Below are positions 1-10,763 of a stretch of 64,000 nucleotides of DNA, piece after piece. A model generated the notes under the pieces. The model saw only the letters and a list, made by a program, of their open reading frames with translations. It was not told where the DNA came from and did no database searches. Source of the stretch: Candidatus Uhrbacteria bacterium (lineage in GTDB: Bacteria > Patescibacteriota > Patescibacteriia > UBA9934); NCBI GenBank assembly GCA_018664485.1, contig JABJOE010000006.1, forward strand, positions 71,294 through 135,293, written 5' to 3'. The position numbers and the translations under genes are program-made. The first letter of the stretch is position 1. Each line of letters begins with the position of its first letter.

Positions 1-25
1 TTTTCTTAGGCAACAACATACAGTA

Positions 26-727
26 CTAGTTACGCTTTCGTGGTTTTGGTTTCTCAATTGAGCTACCTTTTTTATCAGAAGCACTCTCTTCGAACACTTC
101 ACCTCTGTAGATCCAGACTTTAATTCCAATTGCTCCGTAGATAGTTCTTGCAGGAACACGAGCATAACTCACGTCTGCACGAAGGTTATGCAATGGGATT
201 GATCCATCGTGAACAATTTCCTTACGAGCAATATCTGCACCGTTAAGACGTCCAGAAACCTGAATCTTTACACCTTTCGCACCAGATTTCATAACGCGTT
301 CACGCGCCATCTTCATTGAGCGACGGAATGGCAAACGACGTTCGATCTCTTGAGCTACCCCTTGAGCTACAACACGTGCAGATAGTGAAGGGTTCTTGAT
401 TTCCTGAACATTGATGATGATATTCGTTCGTGTACCACGATAGAAGCGCTTTTTAAGCTCCTTCTTCAGGTCATTGATTCCAGCACCAGAACGTCCAATC
501 ACAACTCCAGGCTTAGCCGTGAAAATAGCGATCGTGATCTTCTCAGCGTTACGATCAATTTCGATATGATCAACACTTGCCTCTTTCAAACGAGTCATCA
601 AATACTCACGAATTCCAACATCGGCTCGCAAATTACTAATGTAATTATTGCGGTTACCAAACCATTTGGAATCCCACGAGTAAATCGTAGCCAAACGGAA
701 CACTTTTGGATGTATCTTTCGTCCCAT
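26..727 (-). CDS. rpsC: 30S ribosomal protein S3
   Basis: MGRKIHPKVFRL start, KH domain (KPGVVIGRSG), C-terminal GRLNGADIAR and YGAIGIKVWIY; S10 operon order. Confidence 0.98.
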   Translation of the reverse strand: MGRKIHPKVFRLATIYSWDSKWFGNRNNYISNLRADVGIREYLMTRLKEASVDHIEIDRNAEKITIAIFTAKPGVVIGRSGAGINDLKKELKKRFYRGTRTNIIINVQEIKNPSLSARVVAQGVAQEIERRLPFRRSMKMARERVMKSGAKGVKIQVSGRLNGADIARKEIVHDGSIPLHNLRADVSYARVPARTIYGAIGIKVWIYRGEVFEESASDKKGSSIEKPKPRKRN

Positions 728-730
728 AGG

Positions 731-1171
731 TTATTTCTTCGTTGTTTTCTGTACTGGAGCCTTTTTGGCAACAGACTTCTTAGCTGCTTTTTTCTCTGCT
801 GGCTTTTCAGCCTTTTCTACCTCTTTTACACCCTCTCCTTCCGGAGCTCCAACCTCAATCATAATGTGAGACATTCGCTTTCGGATCGGAGCTGAACGAC
901 CATGCGCACGTGGGCGGTGACGATAGAATGTTGGTCCATCATCAACGGTCGCTGCAGTAATAACAAATCCAGTAGTATCAAGCTTGTTGTTATTTTTTGC
1001 GTTTGCCATTGCTGAGTTCAATGCTTTCAAAACCGGTTCAGCGGCGTTCTTCTTTGAAAACAACAGTTGGTGACGAGCCATCTCGACCTCCATACCGCGC
1101 ACCAAATCAACCACAAGACGCGCCTTGCGTGGAGATACTCGAATATATTTTGCTGTTGCTTTAACGTTCAT
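731..1171 (-). CDS. rplV: 50S ribosomal protein L22 with Lys/Ala-rich C-terminal tail
   Basis: RVSPRKARLVVDLVRG and RPRAHGRSAPIRKRMSHI motifs. Confidence 0.97.
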   Translation of the reverse strand: MNVKATAKYIRVSPRKARLVVDLVRGMEVEMARHQLLFSKKNAAEPVLKALNSAMANAKNNNKLDTTGFVITAATVDDGPTFYRHRPRAHGRSAPIRKRMSHIMIEVGAPEGEGVKEVEKAEKPAEKKAAKKSVAKKAPVQKTTKK

Positions 1172-1176
1172 ACTTT

Positions 1177-1437
1177 TTATTTACCTCCTTTTCCACCGTG
1201 ACGAACAAATTTTCGTGTTAGTGCGAACTCACCAAGTTTATGTCCAACCATGTTCTCAACGATTTTAACATCGATGAATTTCAATCCGTTATGCACAGAT
1301 ATGATCAATCCAACCATCTTTGGAGAGATTGTTGATGAACGTGACCAGGTCTTAATCTTTGTACCTGGAGTCGCTGCAGCAACCTTCTTTTCCAATGAAG
1401 GGTAAATGTATGGTCCTTTTTTTAGGCTTCTAGACAT
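1177..1437 (-). CDS. rpsS: 30S ribosomal protein S19
   Basis: [33 protein letters not shown]. Confidence 0.98.
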   Translation of the reverse strand: MSRSLKKGPYIYPSLEKKVAAATPGTKIKTWSRSSTISPKMVGLIISVHNGLKFIDVKIVENMVGHKLGEFALTRKFVRHGGKGGK

Positions 1438-1440
1438 AGG

Positions 1441-2277
1441 CTACTTTCGCTTTTTACGGCGGCTGATAATCATCTTGTCTGACTTACGCTTTCGGCGGGT
1501 CTTAACACCACGAGCCAGTTTTCCGACATAAGTCTTAGGACCACGTCGTAGACCAATTGAGTTGCGACCTTCTCCACCACCATGAGGGTGGTCTACAGGG
1601 TTCATCGCCTTTCCTCGAACTGTTGGTCTCTTTCCACGATGTCGTGAGCGACCAGCCTTTCCCCAGCGAATCAATCGCCAGTCAGGATTTGATGTTGAAC
1701 CGATTGAGGCCATACAAGTTGCAAGCACACGTCGCATCTCACCAGAAGGTAGGCGTAATGTTGCCCACTTCCCTTCAACCGCCAAAAGTGATGCGCTTGT
1801 TCCAGCTCCTCGCACAATCTGACCACCTCGGCCAGGCTGTAACTCAATGTTGTAAATGTTCATTCCAAGAGGGATCTTATCAAGTGGGAATCTACATCCT
1901 ACTTGAGGATCTCCTTTTTCCTTTGAAGTAACGATCTTCATTCCGACTTCCAATCCCTGCGGTGACAAGATATATCGTTTCTCACCATCAGCGTATGAGA
2001 TTAGTGCAACACGTGCACCACGGTTCGGATCATATTCGATCGTCTTTACTGTTGCTGGTACGTCGATTTTATCGAATTTCCAGTCAATCTGACGAACATG
2101 TCGCTTTGCTCCACCTCCACGGTGACGAACAGCGATTTTTCCGTGACTTCGTCCAGCCATCTGCTTCTTATGCTTAAGAAGCTTCTTGTGAGGCTTTGAC
2201 GTAGTAACATCATCAAACGTTTGGACACTCGACTTACGTCGTCCAGGTGTTGTTGGTTTGTGTACTCGGATACCCAT
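1441..2277 (-). CDS. rplB: 50S ribosomal protein L2
   Basis: Start moved to MGIRVHKPTTPGRR (ATG at 2277); IEYDPNR and MNPVDHPHGGGEG motifs. Confidence 0.98.
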   Translation of the reverse strand: MGIRVHKPTTPGRRKSSVQTFDDVTTSKPHKKLLKHKKQMAGRSHGKIAVRHRGGGAKRHVRQIDWKFDKIDVPATVKTIEYDPNRGARVALISYADGEKRYILSPQGLEVGMKIVTSKEKGDPQVGCRFPLDKIPLGMNIYNIELQPGRGGQIVRGAGTSASLLAVEGKWATLRLPSGEMRRVLATCMASIGSTSNPDWRLIRWGKAGRSRHRGKRPTVRGKAMNPVDHPHGGGEGRNSIGLRRGPKTYVGKLARGVKTRRKRKSDKMIISRRKKRK

Positions 2278-2278
2278 A

Positions 2279-2719
2279 TTATACTCCTTCAAAGATATCA
2301 ATGTGTGATCCTTCAGGTAGTGTGATGATCGCTTTCTTCCAGTCGCTACGTTTTCCCATAGTTTTTCCAAAACGCTTGCGCTTTCCACGAACATTCATCA
2401 CATTCACTTTTGTTGGGACAACATTGTAAAGTGCGTTAATCGCGTTACGGATAGCGACACGATTTGCGCCCGTTGCAACACGCAACACTAGAATGTTCTT
2501 GTCAGACAACATTGCAGTCTTTTCCGTAACAAGAGGTCCAAGCAAAACTTCATGAGCTTTTGCAAGCGCCTCAAGTGAAGAGTCGTTCTTCTTTTTTGCT
2601 GTCTTTTTTGTAACCGAAGCCTTCTTCGCAACCTTTTTGGCTGCTGGCTTTTTAGCTACCTGCTCTACCTTAGGAGGTCGAGCTTCGTTTTTTTCAGTTT
2701 TCTTATTGAAAATTCCCAT
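2279..2719 (-). CDS. rplW: 50S ribosomal protein L23 with Lys-rich N-terminal extension
   Basis: PLVTEK and GKRSDWKKAIITL; position between rplD and rplB. Confidence 0.96.
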   Translation of the reverse strand: MGIFNKKTEKNEARPPKVEQVAKKPAAKKVAKKASVTKKTAKKKNDSSLEALAKAHEVLLGPLVTEKTAMLSDKNILVLRVATGANRVAIRNAINALYNVVPTKVNVMNVRGKRKRFGKTMGKRSDWKKAIITLPEGSHIDIFEGV

Positions 2720-2721
2720 AT

Positions 2722-3351
2722 CTATGCGAAGTGTGAAACCATTTTTTCAATCGCTGCCTTTGAAGCAATGATGTACTGGTAACGAGCAAGATCACGAACA
2801 TTCAAGCTTTCTGCACCGATCGTTTCGGTTCGCTGAAGATTCTGTGCTCCACGAATCATAGATTCGTCACCCTTTACAGTAACAATAAGAGCCGTATTCT
2901 TTGCTCCTGGCAACTTCTGTCGCATCTCTGCAACAACCTTTGTCTTTGCCTCAGCCATGTCAAACGTATCAAGTGCAATGAACCTATCGTCTGCAACCTT
3001 ATCAGTTAGCATCATTGCCAACGCCTTTCGCTTAGCTTTCTTGTTGATCTTCTTTGAAAAGTTACGCAAAAGGTTAGGACCAAAAGTCACACCACCACCA
3101 ATCCAAATCGGTGATCGTCGAGAACCGTGTCGCGCACGACCTGTTCCCTTCTGCTTCCAAGGCTTACGTCCACCACCACGCACAGCAGATCGATCTTTCG
3201 TATTCGCACGAATGATTCGGGCGTTTGCACGCTGCGCAATAATAGCCTGGTGAACTAGCTCAGGAGATACCTCTACACCAAACAATGTATCAGGCAGTTC
3301 CTGTACTCCAGCTTTGGTTCCGTCCATTTTGTATAGATCTACGCTCGCCAT
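2722..3351 (-). CDS. rplD: 50S ribosomal protein L4
   Basis: RGGGRKPWKQKGTGRARHGSRRSPIWIGGG. Confidence 0.98.
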   Translation of the reverse strand: MASVDLYKMDGTKAGVQELPDTLFGVEVSPELVHQAIIAQRANARIIRANTKDRSAVRGGGRKPWKQKGTGRARHGSRRSPIWIGGGVTFGPNLLRNFSKKINKKAKRKALAMMLTDKVADDRFIALDTFDMAEAKTKVVAEMRQKLPGAKNTALIVTVKGDESMIRGAQNLQRTETIGAESLNVRDLARYQYIIASKAAIEKMVSHFA

Positions 3352-3959
3352 ACGTCTCCGTTAGATGCTGCAATAATTACGTAACCTCCGCGTGCACCTG
3401 GAATTGCTCCTTTTACAGCAATAATGTTTTCTTTTTCGTTTACTTGAACTACTTCAAGGTTTTGAACCGTTACCTGTTGTCCACCCATGCGACCTCCCAT
3501 GCGAGTCCCTTTAAAGACACGCTGAGCACCGGTAGCACCAATAGAACCAGGCATACGTAGCTGATCTTTGTGACCATGAGACGCAGGTCCACCTTTGAAC
3601 CCATGACGTTTCACAACACCTTGGAATCCTTTTCCTTTAGCTGTTCCAATAACATTGACCGTTTCCCCTACCTCAAAGGCAGAAGCGACAACCTTGTCTC
3701 CTCTTGCTGGAGCTTCTCCGTCAATCGGAAACTCTTTTACAAAGGCAAATGCTCCAAGCTCCTTCCAATCCTCAAGCTGAGGTTTTGAAACGCTCTTCTT
3801 TGAACCAAATCCCAATGTAGCTGTTTGGACACCAGCTTGGTTTGTACGTACTTGCGTAATCGTACATGGCCCAGCCTGAATCAACGTGACCGGTACAACC
3901 GTTCCGTCTTCTCCAAAGACCTGAGTCATTTCAATTTTTCGTCCTAAAATTGCTTTCAT
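3339..3959 (-). CDS. rplC: 50S ribosomal protein L3
   Basis: KIEMTQVF, KGKGFQGVVKRHGF, RMPGSIG, KGAIPG. Confidence 0.98.
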   Translation of the reverse strand: MKAILGRKIEMTQVFGEDGTVVPVTLIQAGPCTITQVRTNQAGVQTATLGFGSKKSVSKPQLEDWKELGAFAFVKEFPIDGEAPARGDKVVASAFEVGETVNVIGTAKGKGFQGVVKRHGFKGGPASHGHKDQLRMPGSIGATGAQRVFKGTRMGGRMGGQQVTVQNLEVVQVNEKENIIAVKGAIPGARGGYVIIAASNGDVWRA

Positions 3960-4064
3960 ATTCTCATGCTGACAGTGGAATCGCGGTTACTCCCCAATTC
4001 TTGATCAGTAATATTTGTTCGAACTTTTTACACGATCACAACTGATAATGCAAATGATGCGAAC

Positions 4065-4101
4065 AAAAAACGAGAAGGCGTTCAATGAACGACACTCCCG
4101 C
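4065..4101 (-). terminator. Probable intrinsic terminator between rpsJ and rplC
   Basis: On the minus strand GCGGGAG..CGTTCA-T-TGAACG..TTCTCGT hairpin followed by a T run. Confidence 0.55.
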
Positions 4102-4275
4102 CTTACACAAATATAGTGTTAGGCATGTTTTAATTTCTCAAATGGCGGGTCCCTTTCTAGTGCACCTTACGGCGCCCCTCCGTACGAAGCGGCGAGAAGG
4201 TTTTCCTCGGCAATGCCTTGGATCTTTCTTCTCGGTCCGAGTTGGGAGAGTGTGTAGTGAGTATAAATCTCTTTG

Positions 4276-4399
4276 TAGGACTCACAGATTTGAGTTCAAT
4301 TTCGGTGCACAGGATGTCAGCGCCGGAGCCGTACTCAAGGTACGGTGACTAAATGAAAGGCTCCTGTAAGCCGGAAGTGGACCAAAGCTGTGAGTCCTA
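4276..4399. repeat. Dispersed palindromic element copy A (directly after the rpsJ stop)
   Basis: TAGGACTCACAG/CTGTGAGTCCTA outer inverted repeat enclosing ATTTGAGTTCA...CCGTAC-TCAAG-GTACGGTGAC...TGGACCAAA. Confidence 0.8.
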
Positions 4400-4402
4400 A
4401 CT

Positions 4403-4732
4403 TTACATTTTGATTTCAATGTCTACTCCTGCTGGTAGATTGAGTGACATCAATGAACTGATTGTGCTTTCACTAGGACTGAGAATATCAATCAATCGCT
4501 TGTGAATACGCATCTCATACTGATCACGAGACTTTTTGTGCACAAAGGTCGAACGGTTAACCGTGAAACGACGCTTTTCAGTTGGCAATGGAACAGGCCC
4601 TAGGGTCTGCGCTCCAGTGCGCTGTGCAGTCTTCATGATCGTCTCACAAGCCGTGTCGATCAACTTGTGATCATACGCACGGATCTTGATACGAATGCGC
4701 TGTTTTGTTTCTTTGTCTGTTTTTGCGGTCAT
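4403..4732 (-). CDS. rpsJ: 30S ribosomal protein S10
   Basis: RIRIKIRAYDHKLID, GPVPLPT, RDQYEMRIHKRLID, LPAGVDIEIK; start at ATG 4732. Confidence 0.97.
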   Translation of the reverse strand: MTAKTDKETKQRIRIKIRAYDHKLIDTACETIMKTAQRTGAQTLGPVPLPTEKRRFTVNRSTFVHKKSRDQYEMRIHKRLIDILSPSESTISSLMSLNLPAGVDIEIKM

Positions 4733-4793
4733 AGAAGGTACGATTTCAACGATAAGTGGGGAAGGCCGCAAGCGGACTTCCCCAAAATATCTC

Positions 4794-5972
4794 TTATTCT
4801 ATAATCTTTGTTACAACTCCAGCTCCAACTGTTCGTCCACCCTCTCGGATAGCGAAACGCATCTCGTCTTCCATAGCAACAGTCTTACCAAGTTCAACAG
4901 TAACGTTAACTGTATCTCCAGGCATAACCATCTCAGAACCTTCCGGTAGAGCTACGATATCTCCAGTAACATCCGTTGTTCGAATGTAGAACTGTGGCTT
5001 GTAACCTTTGAAAAATGGCTTGTGTCGTCCACCCTCTTCCTTTGTCAAAGCGTAAATCTTTGCTTCGAACTTTGTGTGTGGCTTAACAGTACCAGGAGCA
5101 GAAAGCACCATTCCGCGCTCAATGTCATCCTTCTTAACACCACGCAATAGGATTCCAGCGTTGTCTCCAGCCATACCTTGGTCGAGGTTCTTGTTGAACA
5201 TCTCAACTCCAGTAACAACTGTCTTTGAAGTTTCTCGCAAACCAACGATTTCTACTTCTTCGTTTACGTTTACGATTCCACGTTCAATTCGACCAGTAAC
5301 AACCGTTCCACGACCTTCAATAGAGAAAACGTCCTCAATTGGCATCATGAATGGCTTTTCAGTCTCACGCTTTGGCTCAGGGATGTACTCATCCAAAGAC
5401 TTTACAAGCTCTTTGATTGGTCCCTCAGCGTCTCCACCGTCCTCGATAGCCTTTAGAGCAGATCCACGGATGATTGGTGTCTCATCTCCAGGGTATTCGT
5501 ACTGCTTAAGAAGATCGCGAACCTCCTCTTCAACTAGGTCGATCAACTCAGGATCGTCAACCATGTCAACTTTATTCAAGAAAACTACGATTGCCGGCAC
5601 TCCAACCTGACGAGCAAGAAGGATGTGCTCACGCGTCTGAGGCATAGGACCGTCAGCAGCTGATACAACCAAAATTGCACCATCCATCTGAGCAGCACCT
5701 GTAATCATGTTCTTCACGTAGTCCGCGTGACCTGGACAGTCAACGTGAGCATAGTGACGAGCCTCTGACTCATACTCCACGTGTGAAGTAGAAATAGTAA
5801 TACCACGCTCCTTCTCTTCTGGAGCATTGTCGATTTGGTCAAAAGCCTTCGTCTGAGAATCAGGTGAGAAGATCTTTGACAAAGCAGCCGTCAACGTAGT
5901 CTTACCGTGGTCAACGTGACCAATAGTACCAACGTTTACGTTTGGCTTACTGCGAACAAACTGTTCTGCCAT
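4794..5972 (-). CDS. tuf: Elongation factor Tu
   Basis: [34 protein letters not shown]. Confidence 0.99.
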   Translation of the reverse strand: MAEQFVRSKPNVNVGTIGHVDHGKTTLTAALSKIFSPDSQTKAFDQIDNAPEEKERGITISTSHVEYESEARHYAHVDCPGHADYVKNMITGAAQMDGAILVVSAADGPMPQTREHILLARQVGVPAIVVFLNKVDMVDDPELIDLVEEEVRDLLKQYEYPGDETPIIRGSALKAIEDGGDAEGPIKELVKSLDEYIPEPKRETEKPFMMPIEDVFSIEGRGTVVTGRIERGIVNVNEEVEIVGLRETSKTVVTGVEMFNKNLDQGMAGDNAGILLRGVKKDDIERGMVLSAPGTVKPHTKFEAKIYALTKEEGGRHKPFFKGYKPQFYIRTTDVTGDIVALPEGSEMVMPGDTVNVTVELGKTVAMEDEMRFAIREGGRTVGAGVVTKIIE

Positions 5973-6048
5973 ATAAAATAGTTATTACCCTAGGGGGTGG
6001 GTTTTTAATGGTATCAGCGCCTAAATCAGCCCTGATACAAGCGCGGAG

Positions 6049-6077
6049 ACTATAACAAAATCTAGCTTTTCTTGCAA
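6049..6077 (-). promoter_or_regulatory. sigma70-type promoter for tuf
   Basis: TTGCAA-17 nt-TATAGT on the minus strand upstream of tuf. Confidence 0.65.
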
Positions 6078-6198
6078 GTCCCTGGCGTACATATCCTGTG
6101 GAAGAACCCTGCGTTTGGAAAAATGGCCAATATAAGCAGAATACACAACCTGTAATGTAGCCATTTTCAAATTGCCTAAAAACCGGCTTTTTAAGTCT

Positions 6199-6621
6199 TT
6201 ACTCAATCGGTTCAAGATAGAACTGCTCTTCACCTAGATCATCCGCTTTTGCAGACCCTTGATCTGGTGCCTCGGGTATTGGAGGGTCAAATGGAACGTC
6301 CTCAACAGTCACTTCAGGGGCTTCAGATACAGCCTCTTCTCCAGGGAATGGAAGGTCTTGGTCCATTTCTTGCAAAGGGACCTCGTCAGGCACGCTGTAC
6401 TCAGTGTTTTTCATCGTTTCTTCCGAAGAATATGGCCAATCTTCGTCAATAAATTCACCATCAACCTCTTCTTCACCCATAATGAGGCCGTCAACCATGG
6501 CTTCATAGGTCTCCAAAGGAAGCAAAACAGCCGGTTCATCACCATCTTGATCGGTAACAATTACTGGTGAGCCGGTTTTCTTTGCTAGGCGAAGTAGTCG
6601 TTGCATTGTTTGTTTATCCAT
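6199..6621 (-). CDS. Hypothetical protein, Phd/YefM-like N-terminus with acidic tail
   Basis: KKTGSPVIVTDQDGDEPAVLLPLETYEAM resembles the Phd/YefM pattern; low-complexity acidic C-terminal half ending EEQFYLEPIE. Confidence 0.7.
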   Translation of the reverse strand: MDKQTMQRLLRLAKKTGSPVIVTDQDGDEPAVLLPLETYEAMVDGLIMGEEEVDGEFIDEDWPYSSEETMKNTEYSVPDEVPLQEMDQDLPFPGEEAVSEAPEVTVEDVPFDPPIPEAPDQGSAKADDLGEEQFYLEPIE

Positions 6622-6757
6622 ATAGCCGCATCTTAATCGAAGGAGAGATAACGTCAAGACGTAAAGTTACTTATATGCACAAATCCCCCAGCGCAAGCGC
6701 CGAGGGAAGAACGTGCCATTTAATGGCAAAGTTGTGACTCAGATACTAGGTCGATCG

Positions 6758-6792
6758 TTTTCGCATATGCAGTTACGCTGCGTATGCGAAAA
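6758..6792. terminator. Strong hairpin downstream of the receiver-domain gene
   Basis: TTTTCGCATATGCAG-TTACG-CTGCGTATGCGAAAA inverted repeat. Confidence 0.55.
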
Positions 6793-6822
6793 TTACCGTT
6801 CTATTCCGATTTGGGCCTGGAC

Positions 6823-7299
6823 TCAGCTCTTTGGAGCCTGAATTGACGGCTGTTTCGGGAGCCACTCAGCAAGAGTGAGAAGAACGAACGGGGGAAGCTT
6901 CCCTCTCGTGACGAGCATGGTGACGATCATCGCCACCAAGACAGCCCGGGCGATCGGCTTACTTCCGAACAGCACACCAGCAGGAACCAGCGTACTGTGA
7001 AGCCCTGTCTGCATGAGAAATGGAATCCCGTGACGTCCGATCACGCCAGACGATTCCCTGAGAAACTCAGGCCCGCCCATGCGGTTCATACTGACGTCAC
7101 ACAGGATGAAATCGATCTCCGATCCTCGATCGGCCACGACCGCCATAGCATCCGTTCCGTCTTCCACCAGAATGACCTCGCCAATGGCGATGTCCAAAGC
7201 CTCGAATGTACGACGCAGCATGCGTTCCATGCCGCGCAGAATCGCCCCCTCATCGTCAACGACGAGAAAACAGATAGGTCTGGGTTCACCAGTATTCAT
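6823..7299 (-). CDS. Single-domain response regulator (receiver domain)
   Basis: LVVDDE acidic pocket, phosphoacceptor in ILCDVSM, MGG turn, QTG threonine, SKP lysine-proline; GGAGGT SD before ATG 7299. Confidence 0.8.
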   Translation of the reverse strand: MNTGEPRPICFLVVDDEGAILRGMERMLRRTFEALDIAIGEVILVEDGTDAMAVVADRGSEIDFILCDVSMNRMGGPEFLRESSGVIGRHGIPFLMQTGLHSTLVPAGVLFGSKPIARAVLVAMIVTMLVTRGKLPPFVLLTLAEWLPKQPSIQAPKS

Positions 7300-7391
7300 T
7301 TCTCTACCTCCAGATTCGCATACACCAACACGGCGCATGACTGAGCATAATGCCATATTATATGGCTTTTGTCAATCCCCACCCTACAAAC

Positions 7392-7425
7392 AAAAAACAG
7401 GCCCGCTTTCGCGAGGCCTGTTTTT
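7392..7425 (-). terminator. Intrinsic terminator after fusA
   Basis: AAAAACAGGCC-CGCTTTCGCG-AGGCCTGTTTTT hairpin flanked by A/T runs. Confidence 0.7.
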
Positions 7426-7441
7426 AATTTCTACTTTGTAA

Positions 7442-9547
7442 CTATGACTTCTGACCAGTTCGTTTTTCCTTAATTTCTTTTGCAACGTTTCCTGGCACCT
7501 CTTTATACTCATGGAATTCCATTGAGTAACTTGCACGACCCTGTGTGATGGATCGAAGGTTTGTTGCATATCCGAACATCTCAGCAAGTGGAACGATAGC
7601 TGCGACCGTCTTTACATCTCCACGATCACCCATCTCCTGAACCTGGGCACGCTTTGAGTTTAGGTCACCAACAACAGTTCCCATGTAATCTTCTGGAGTT
7701 ACAACTTCGACTTTCATAGTTGGCTCAAGAAGTACTGGTTTTGCCTTGAGTGCAGCCGCTTTAAACGCCATCACACCTGCCATTTTAAAGGCTGATTCGT
7801 TTGAGTCAACATCATGGTATGAACCATCGTAAACAGTGGCCTGAATGTTGATAAGTGGGTAGTTAGCGATAACACCACGCTCGAGAGCCTCTCTACAACC
7901 CTTTTGCACAGCTGGAACATACTCACGTGGAATAGCTCCACCCTTCAACTCATCAACGAATCGGAAGTTATCCAACTCACCATCTTCATTTGCTTCTGTA
8001 ATAGGTTTGATACGAAGCCGACAATGTCCGTACTGACCACGTCCACCTGACTGCTTAACGTACTTTCCTTCACCCTCAGCTTCCTCACGAATCGTTTCAC
8101 GGTAACTCACCTGCGGTCGTCCAACGTTTACTCCAACGTCGAACTCACGCTTCATTCGATCAACAATAATTTCCAAGTGAAGCTCACCCATTCCTGACAC
8201 AATAGTCTGCATTGTCTCCTCGTCCGATCGAACACGGAATGTAGGATCCTCTTCAGACAACTTCTGCAAAGCAAGTGACATCTTCTCCTGGTCCTGCTTT
8301 GTGATCGGCTCAAGTGCCAAAGAAATAACAGGCTCAGGGAATGTGATTGACTCAAGTGAAATCGGGTGTTCCGGATCACACAATGTGTTACCAGTTGTAG
8401 TTTCTTTCAATCCAACAACAGCAGCAATTTCACCAGCGTATACCTCGCTCACTTCCTCTCGGTTGTTTGCGTGCATTCGCACAATACGAGAAATTCGTTC
8501 TTTCTTTCCGGTAGATGCATTCAATACGTAAGATCCAGATTTCAATGTTCCAGAATAGATTCTAACAAATGCCAACTTTCCAATGAACGGATCAGTTGCG
8601 ATCTTAAAGGCAAGTGCAGCCATCGGTACATCGTCCTTAGCCTCACGCGAAAGTACTTTTTCTTCGTCCTCAATATCAGTTCCTTCAACAGCCGGAATAT
8701 CCAACGGAGACGGAAGATAATCAATAACAGCGTTCAACATTAGCTTCACACCCTTGTTCTTCAAGGCTGTTCCACACATAACTGGGAAAATATCCAAACC
8801 GATAACGGCCTTACGCAAAATTCGTTTCAAATCCTCGTATGAAGGCTCTTCTCCAGCAAGGTACTGCTCCATTGCAGCTTCGTCATTTTCAACGATTGCT
8901 TCGATAAGCTTTCCGCGCCATTCCTTTGCTGCGTCCATGTATTCAGCTGGAACATCAACCTCATCGATATCCTTTCCAAGCTCGTCGCGATACATGAATG
9001 CCTTCATCTTTAGAAGGTCGATAATACCGTCGAAACCAGCCTCTTCTCCGATTGGAAGCTGAATTGGGTAAGCCTTCTTTGTAAGACGATCAGTAATTGA
9101 CTGAAGGTCTTTGAAAAAGTCTGCTCCAGTTCTATCAAGCTTATTGATAAAACAAATACGTGGCACGCTGTACTTATCAGCCTGGCGCCAAACCGTTTCT
9201 GACTGAGGCTCAACTCCTGCAACACCATCAAACACAGTCACACCTCCATCAAGCACACGCAATGATCGCTCAACTTCTACTGTGAAGTCAACGTGTCCAG
9301 GTGTATCGATGATGTTAATACGGTGGTCCTTCCAGAAACATGTAGTCGCTGCAGACGTGATAGTAATTCCACGTTCCTGCTCCTGCTCCATCCAGTCCAT
9401 CTCAGCCTCACCTTCATGCACCTCACCAATCTTGTGCTTTTTTCCAGTATAAAAGAGAACTCTTTCTGTAGTAGTAGTCTTTCCTGCGTCAATGTGGGAA
9501 ATGATTCCGATGTTTCGAACATTGTCTAGAGAATATTCACGAGCCAT
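7442..9547 (-). CDS. fusA: Elongation factor G
   Basis: [41 protein letters not shown]. Confidence 0.99.
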   Translation of the reverse strand: MAREYSLDNVRNIGIISHIDAGKTTTTERVLFYTGKKHKIGEVHEGEAEMDWMEQEQERGITITSAATTCFWKDHRINIIDTPGHVDFTVEVERSLRVLDGGVTVFDGVAGVEPQSETVWRQADKYSVPRICFINKLDRTGADFFKDLQSITDRLTKKAYPIQLPIGEEAGFDGIIDLLKMKAFMYRDELGKDIDEVDVPAEYMDAAKEWRGKLIEAIVENDEAAMEQYLAGEEPSYEDLKRILRKAVIGLDIFPVMCGTALKNKGVKLMLNAVIDYLPSPLDIPAVEGTDIEDEEKVLSREAKDDVPMAALAFKIATDPFIGKLAFVRIYSGTLKSGSYVLNASTGKKERISRIVRMHANNREEVSEVYAGEIAAVVGLKETTTGNTLCDPEHPISLESITFPEPVISLALEPITKQDQEKMSLALQKLSEEDPTFRVRSDEETMQTIVSGMGELHLEIIVDRMKREFDVGVNVGRPQVSYRETIREEAEGEGKYVKQSGGRGQYGHCRLRIKPITEANEDGELDNFRFVDELKGGAIPREYVPAVQKGCREALERGVIANYPLINIQATVYDGSYHDVDSNESAFKMAGVMAFKAAALKAKPVLLEPTMKVEVVTPEDYMGTVVGDLNSKRAQVQEMGDRGDVKTVAAIVPLAEMFGYATNLRSITQGRASYSMEFHEYKEVPGNVAKEIKEKRTGQKS

Positions 9548-9627
9548 ATAATATTTGATTTGATTGTTTGTAGAAAGATCACAGCGGAGCTCAATTTCTG
9601 CGCGCCGTGATAAGCGGAGTCAGTAGC

Positions 9628-10095
9628 TTAACGAGCGAAGTGAGCGAAAGCGCGGTTGGCATCTGCCATACGCTGAACATCCTGTCGTTTCTTCACTGAA
9701 TCTCCCTCTCCCTCAGCACCTGCGATAAATTCTGCTGCAAGACGTTCCGCCATTGGGCGCCCCTTCTTTCCACGAGCTGCTAACAAAATCCATCGGTATG
9801 CCAATGCATAGCGACGATCTCCACGAACAGGTGTTGGGATCTGGTAGTTTGCACCACCAACACGTCGTGATCGAACTTCAACAGCTGGAATAATATTTTT
9901 CATTGCAAGATCAAAAACATCCATCGCTGGTTTTCCGGCCTTCTTCTCCATTATTTCGAAGGCATCATAGACAACACGCTGAGCGGTGGACTTCTTTCCA
10001 TCAAGCATAACGTAGTTAATGAGCTTGCTCACTAATACGCTTTTATACTTTGTATCTGGTTGTAGAACTCGTTTTACGGCTTGCTTACCTCGCAT
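9628..10095 (-). CDS. rpsG: 30S ribosomal protein S7
   Basis: EVRSRRVGGANYQIP, MADANRAFAHF. Confidence 0.98.
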   Translation of the reverse strand: MRGKQAVKRVLQPDTKYKSVLVSKLINYVMLDGKKSTAQRVVYDAFEIMEKKAGKPAMDVFDLAMKNIIPAVEVRSRRVGGANYQIPTPVRGDRRYALAYRWILLAARGKKGRPMAERLAAEFIAGAEGEGDSVKKRQDVQRMADANRAFAHFAR

Positions 10096-10167
10096 ATTTA
10101 TATGGTTTAAGTGTGACTTCCCGCCGCGTTCTGGCGGTACTCACTATTTATAATTTACTCAGTTGGC

Positions 10168-10244
10168 ACATTTGGACCAATTTCAGAGTATGGAAGCGTC
10201 CGCAGAGTGCAGGGCAATCCATTTGCTGAAAATGATCCAAATGT
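10168..10244. repeat. Dispersed palindromic element copy G (short variant, between rpsL and rpsG)
   Basis: ACATTTGGACCAATTTCAG ... CTGAAAATGATCCAAATGT termini match the family; central CGTAC hairpin absent. Confidence 0.6.
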
Positions 10245-10257
10245 ATTGATCTTAAAT

Positions 10258-10677
10258 TTACTTCTTTGGCTTCTTTACTCCGTACTTTGAACGACCACGA
10301 TTTCGTCCTTCAACTCCAGCCGTGTCATATCGTCCACGTACAACAGTGTAACGAACACCAGCTAGGTCCTTAACTCCACCTCCACGTACCAATACGATAG
10401 AGTGCTCCTGAAGGTTATGACCCTCACCTGGAATGTAAGCGATCACTTCCTGACCGTTTGAGAGACGAACACGCGCCACCTTTCGTAGAGCCGAGTTCGG
10501 CTTCTTTGGTGTAGTTGTATACACACGAACGCATACTCCACGCTTTGCCGGAGCTCCACGACGCAACTCAGTGCGCTTTCGGTGAAGACTGTCCGTTGTA
10601 AACTGCAAAGCAGGCGCATCAGACTTTTTAGTCTTTCGCTTGCGTCCCTTTCGAATAAGTTGGTTGATTGTAGGCAT
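10258..10677 (-). CDS. rpsL: 30S ribosomal protein S12
   Basis: [39 protein letters not shown]. Confidence 0.99.
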   Translation of the reverse strand: MPTINQLIRKGRKRKTKKSDAPALQFTTDSLHRKRTELRRGAPAKRGVCVRVYTTTPKKPNSALRKVARVRLSNGQEVIAYIPGEGHNLQEHSIVLVRGGGVKDLAGVRYTVVRGRYDTAGVEGRNRGRSKYGVKKPKK

Positions 10678-10734
10678 GTTTTACACGTAAATTACGAAAT
10701 TGGACGCTAAAGGCCCTTTGAAAATAACGCGCGA

Positions 10735-10763
10735 AGAGTAACATGTGGGCCAAAATACGTCAA
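10735..10763 (-). promoter_or_regulatory. sigma70-type promoter for rpsL-rpsG-fusA
   Basis: TTGACG-17 nt-TACTCT on the minus strand. Confidence 0.65.

Noticed and set aside
4085..4348. 87-aa plus-strand ORF in the rpsJ-rplC gap
   Set aside because: Antisense to the operon, overlaps hairpins and repeat copy A, and has no protein-like features.
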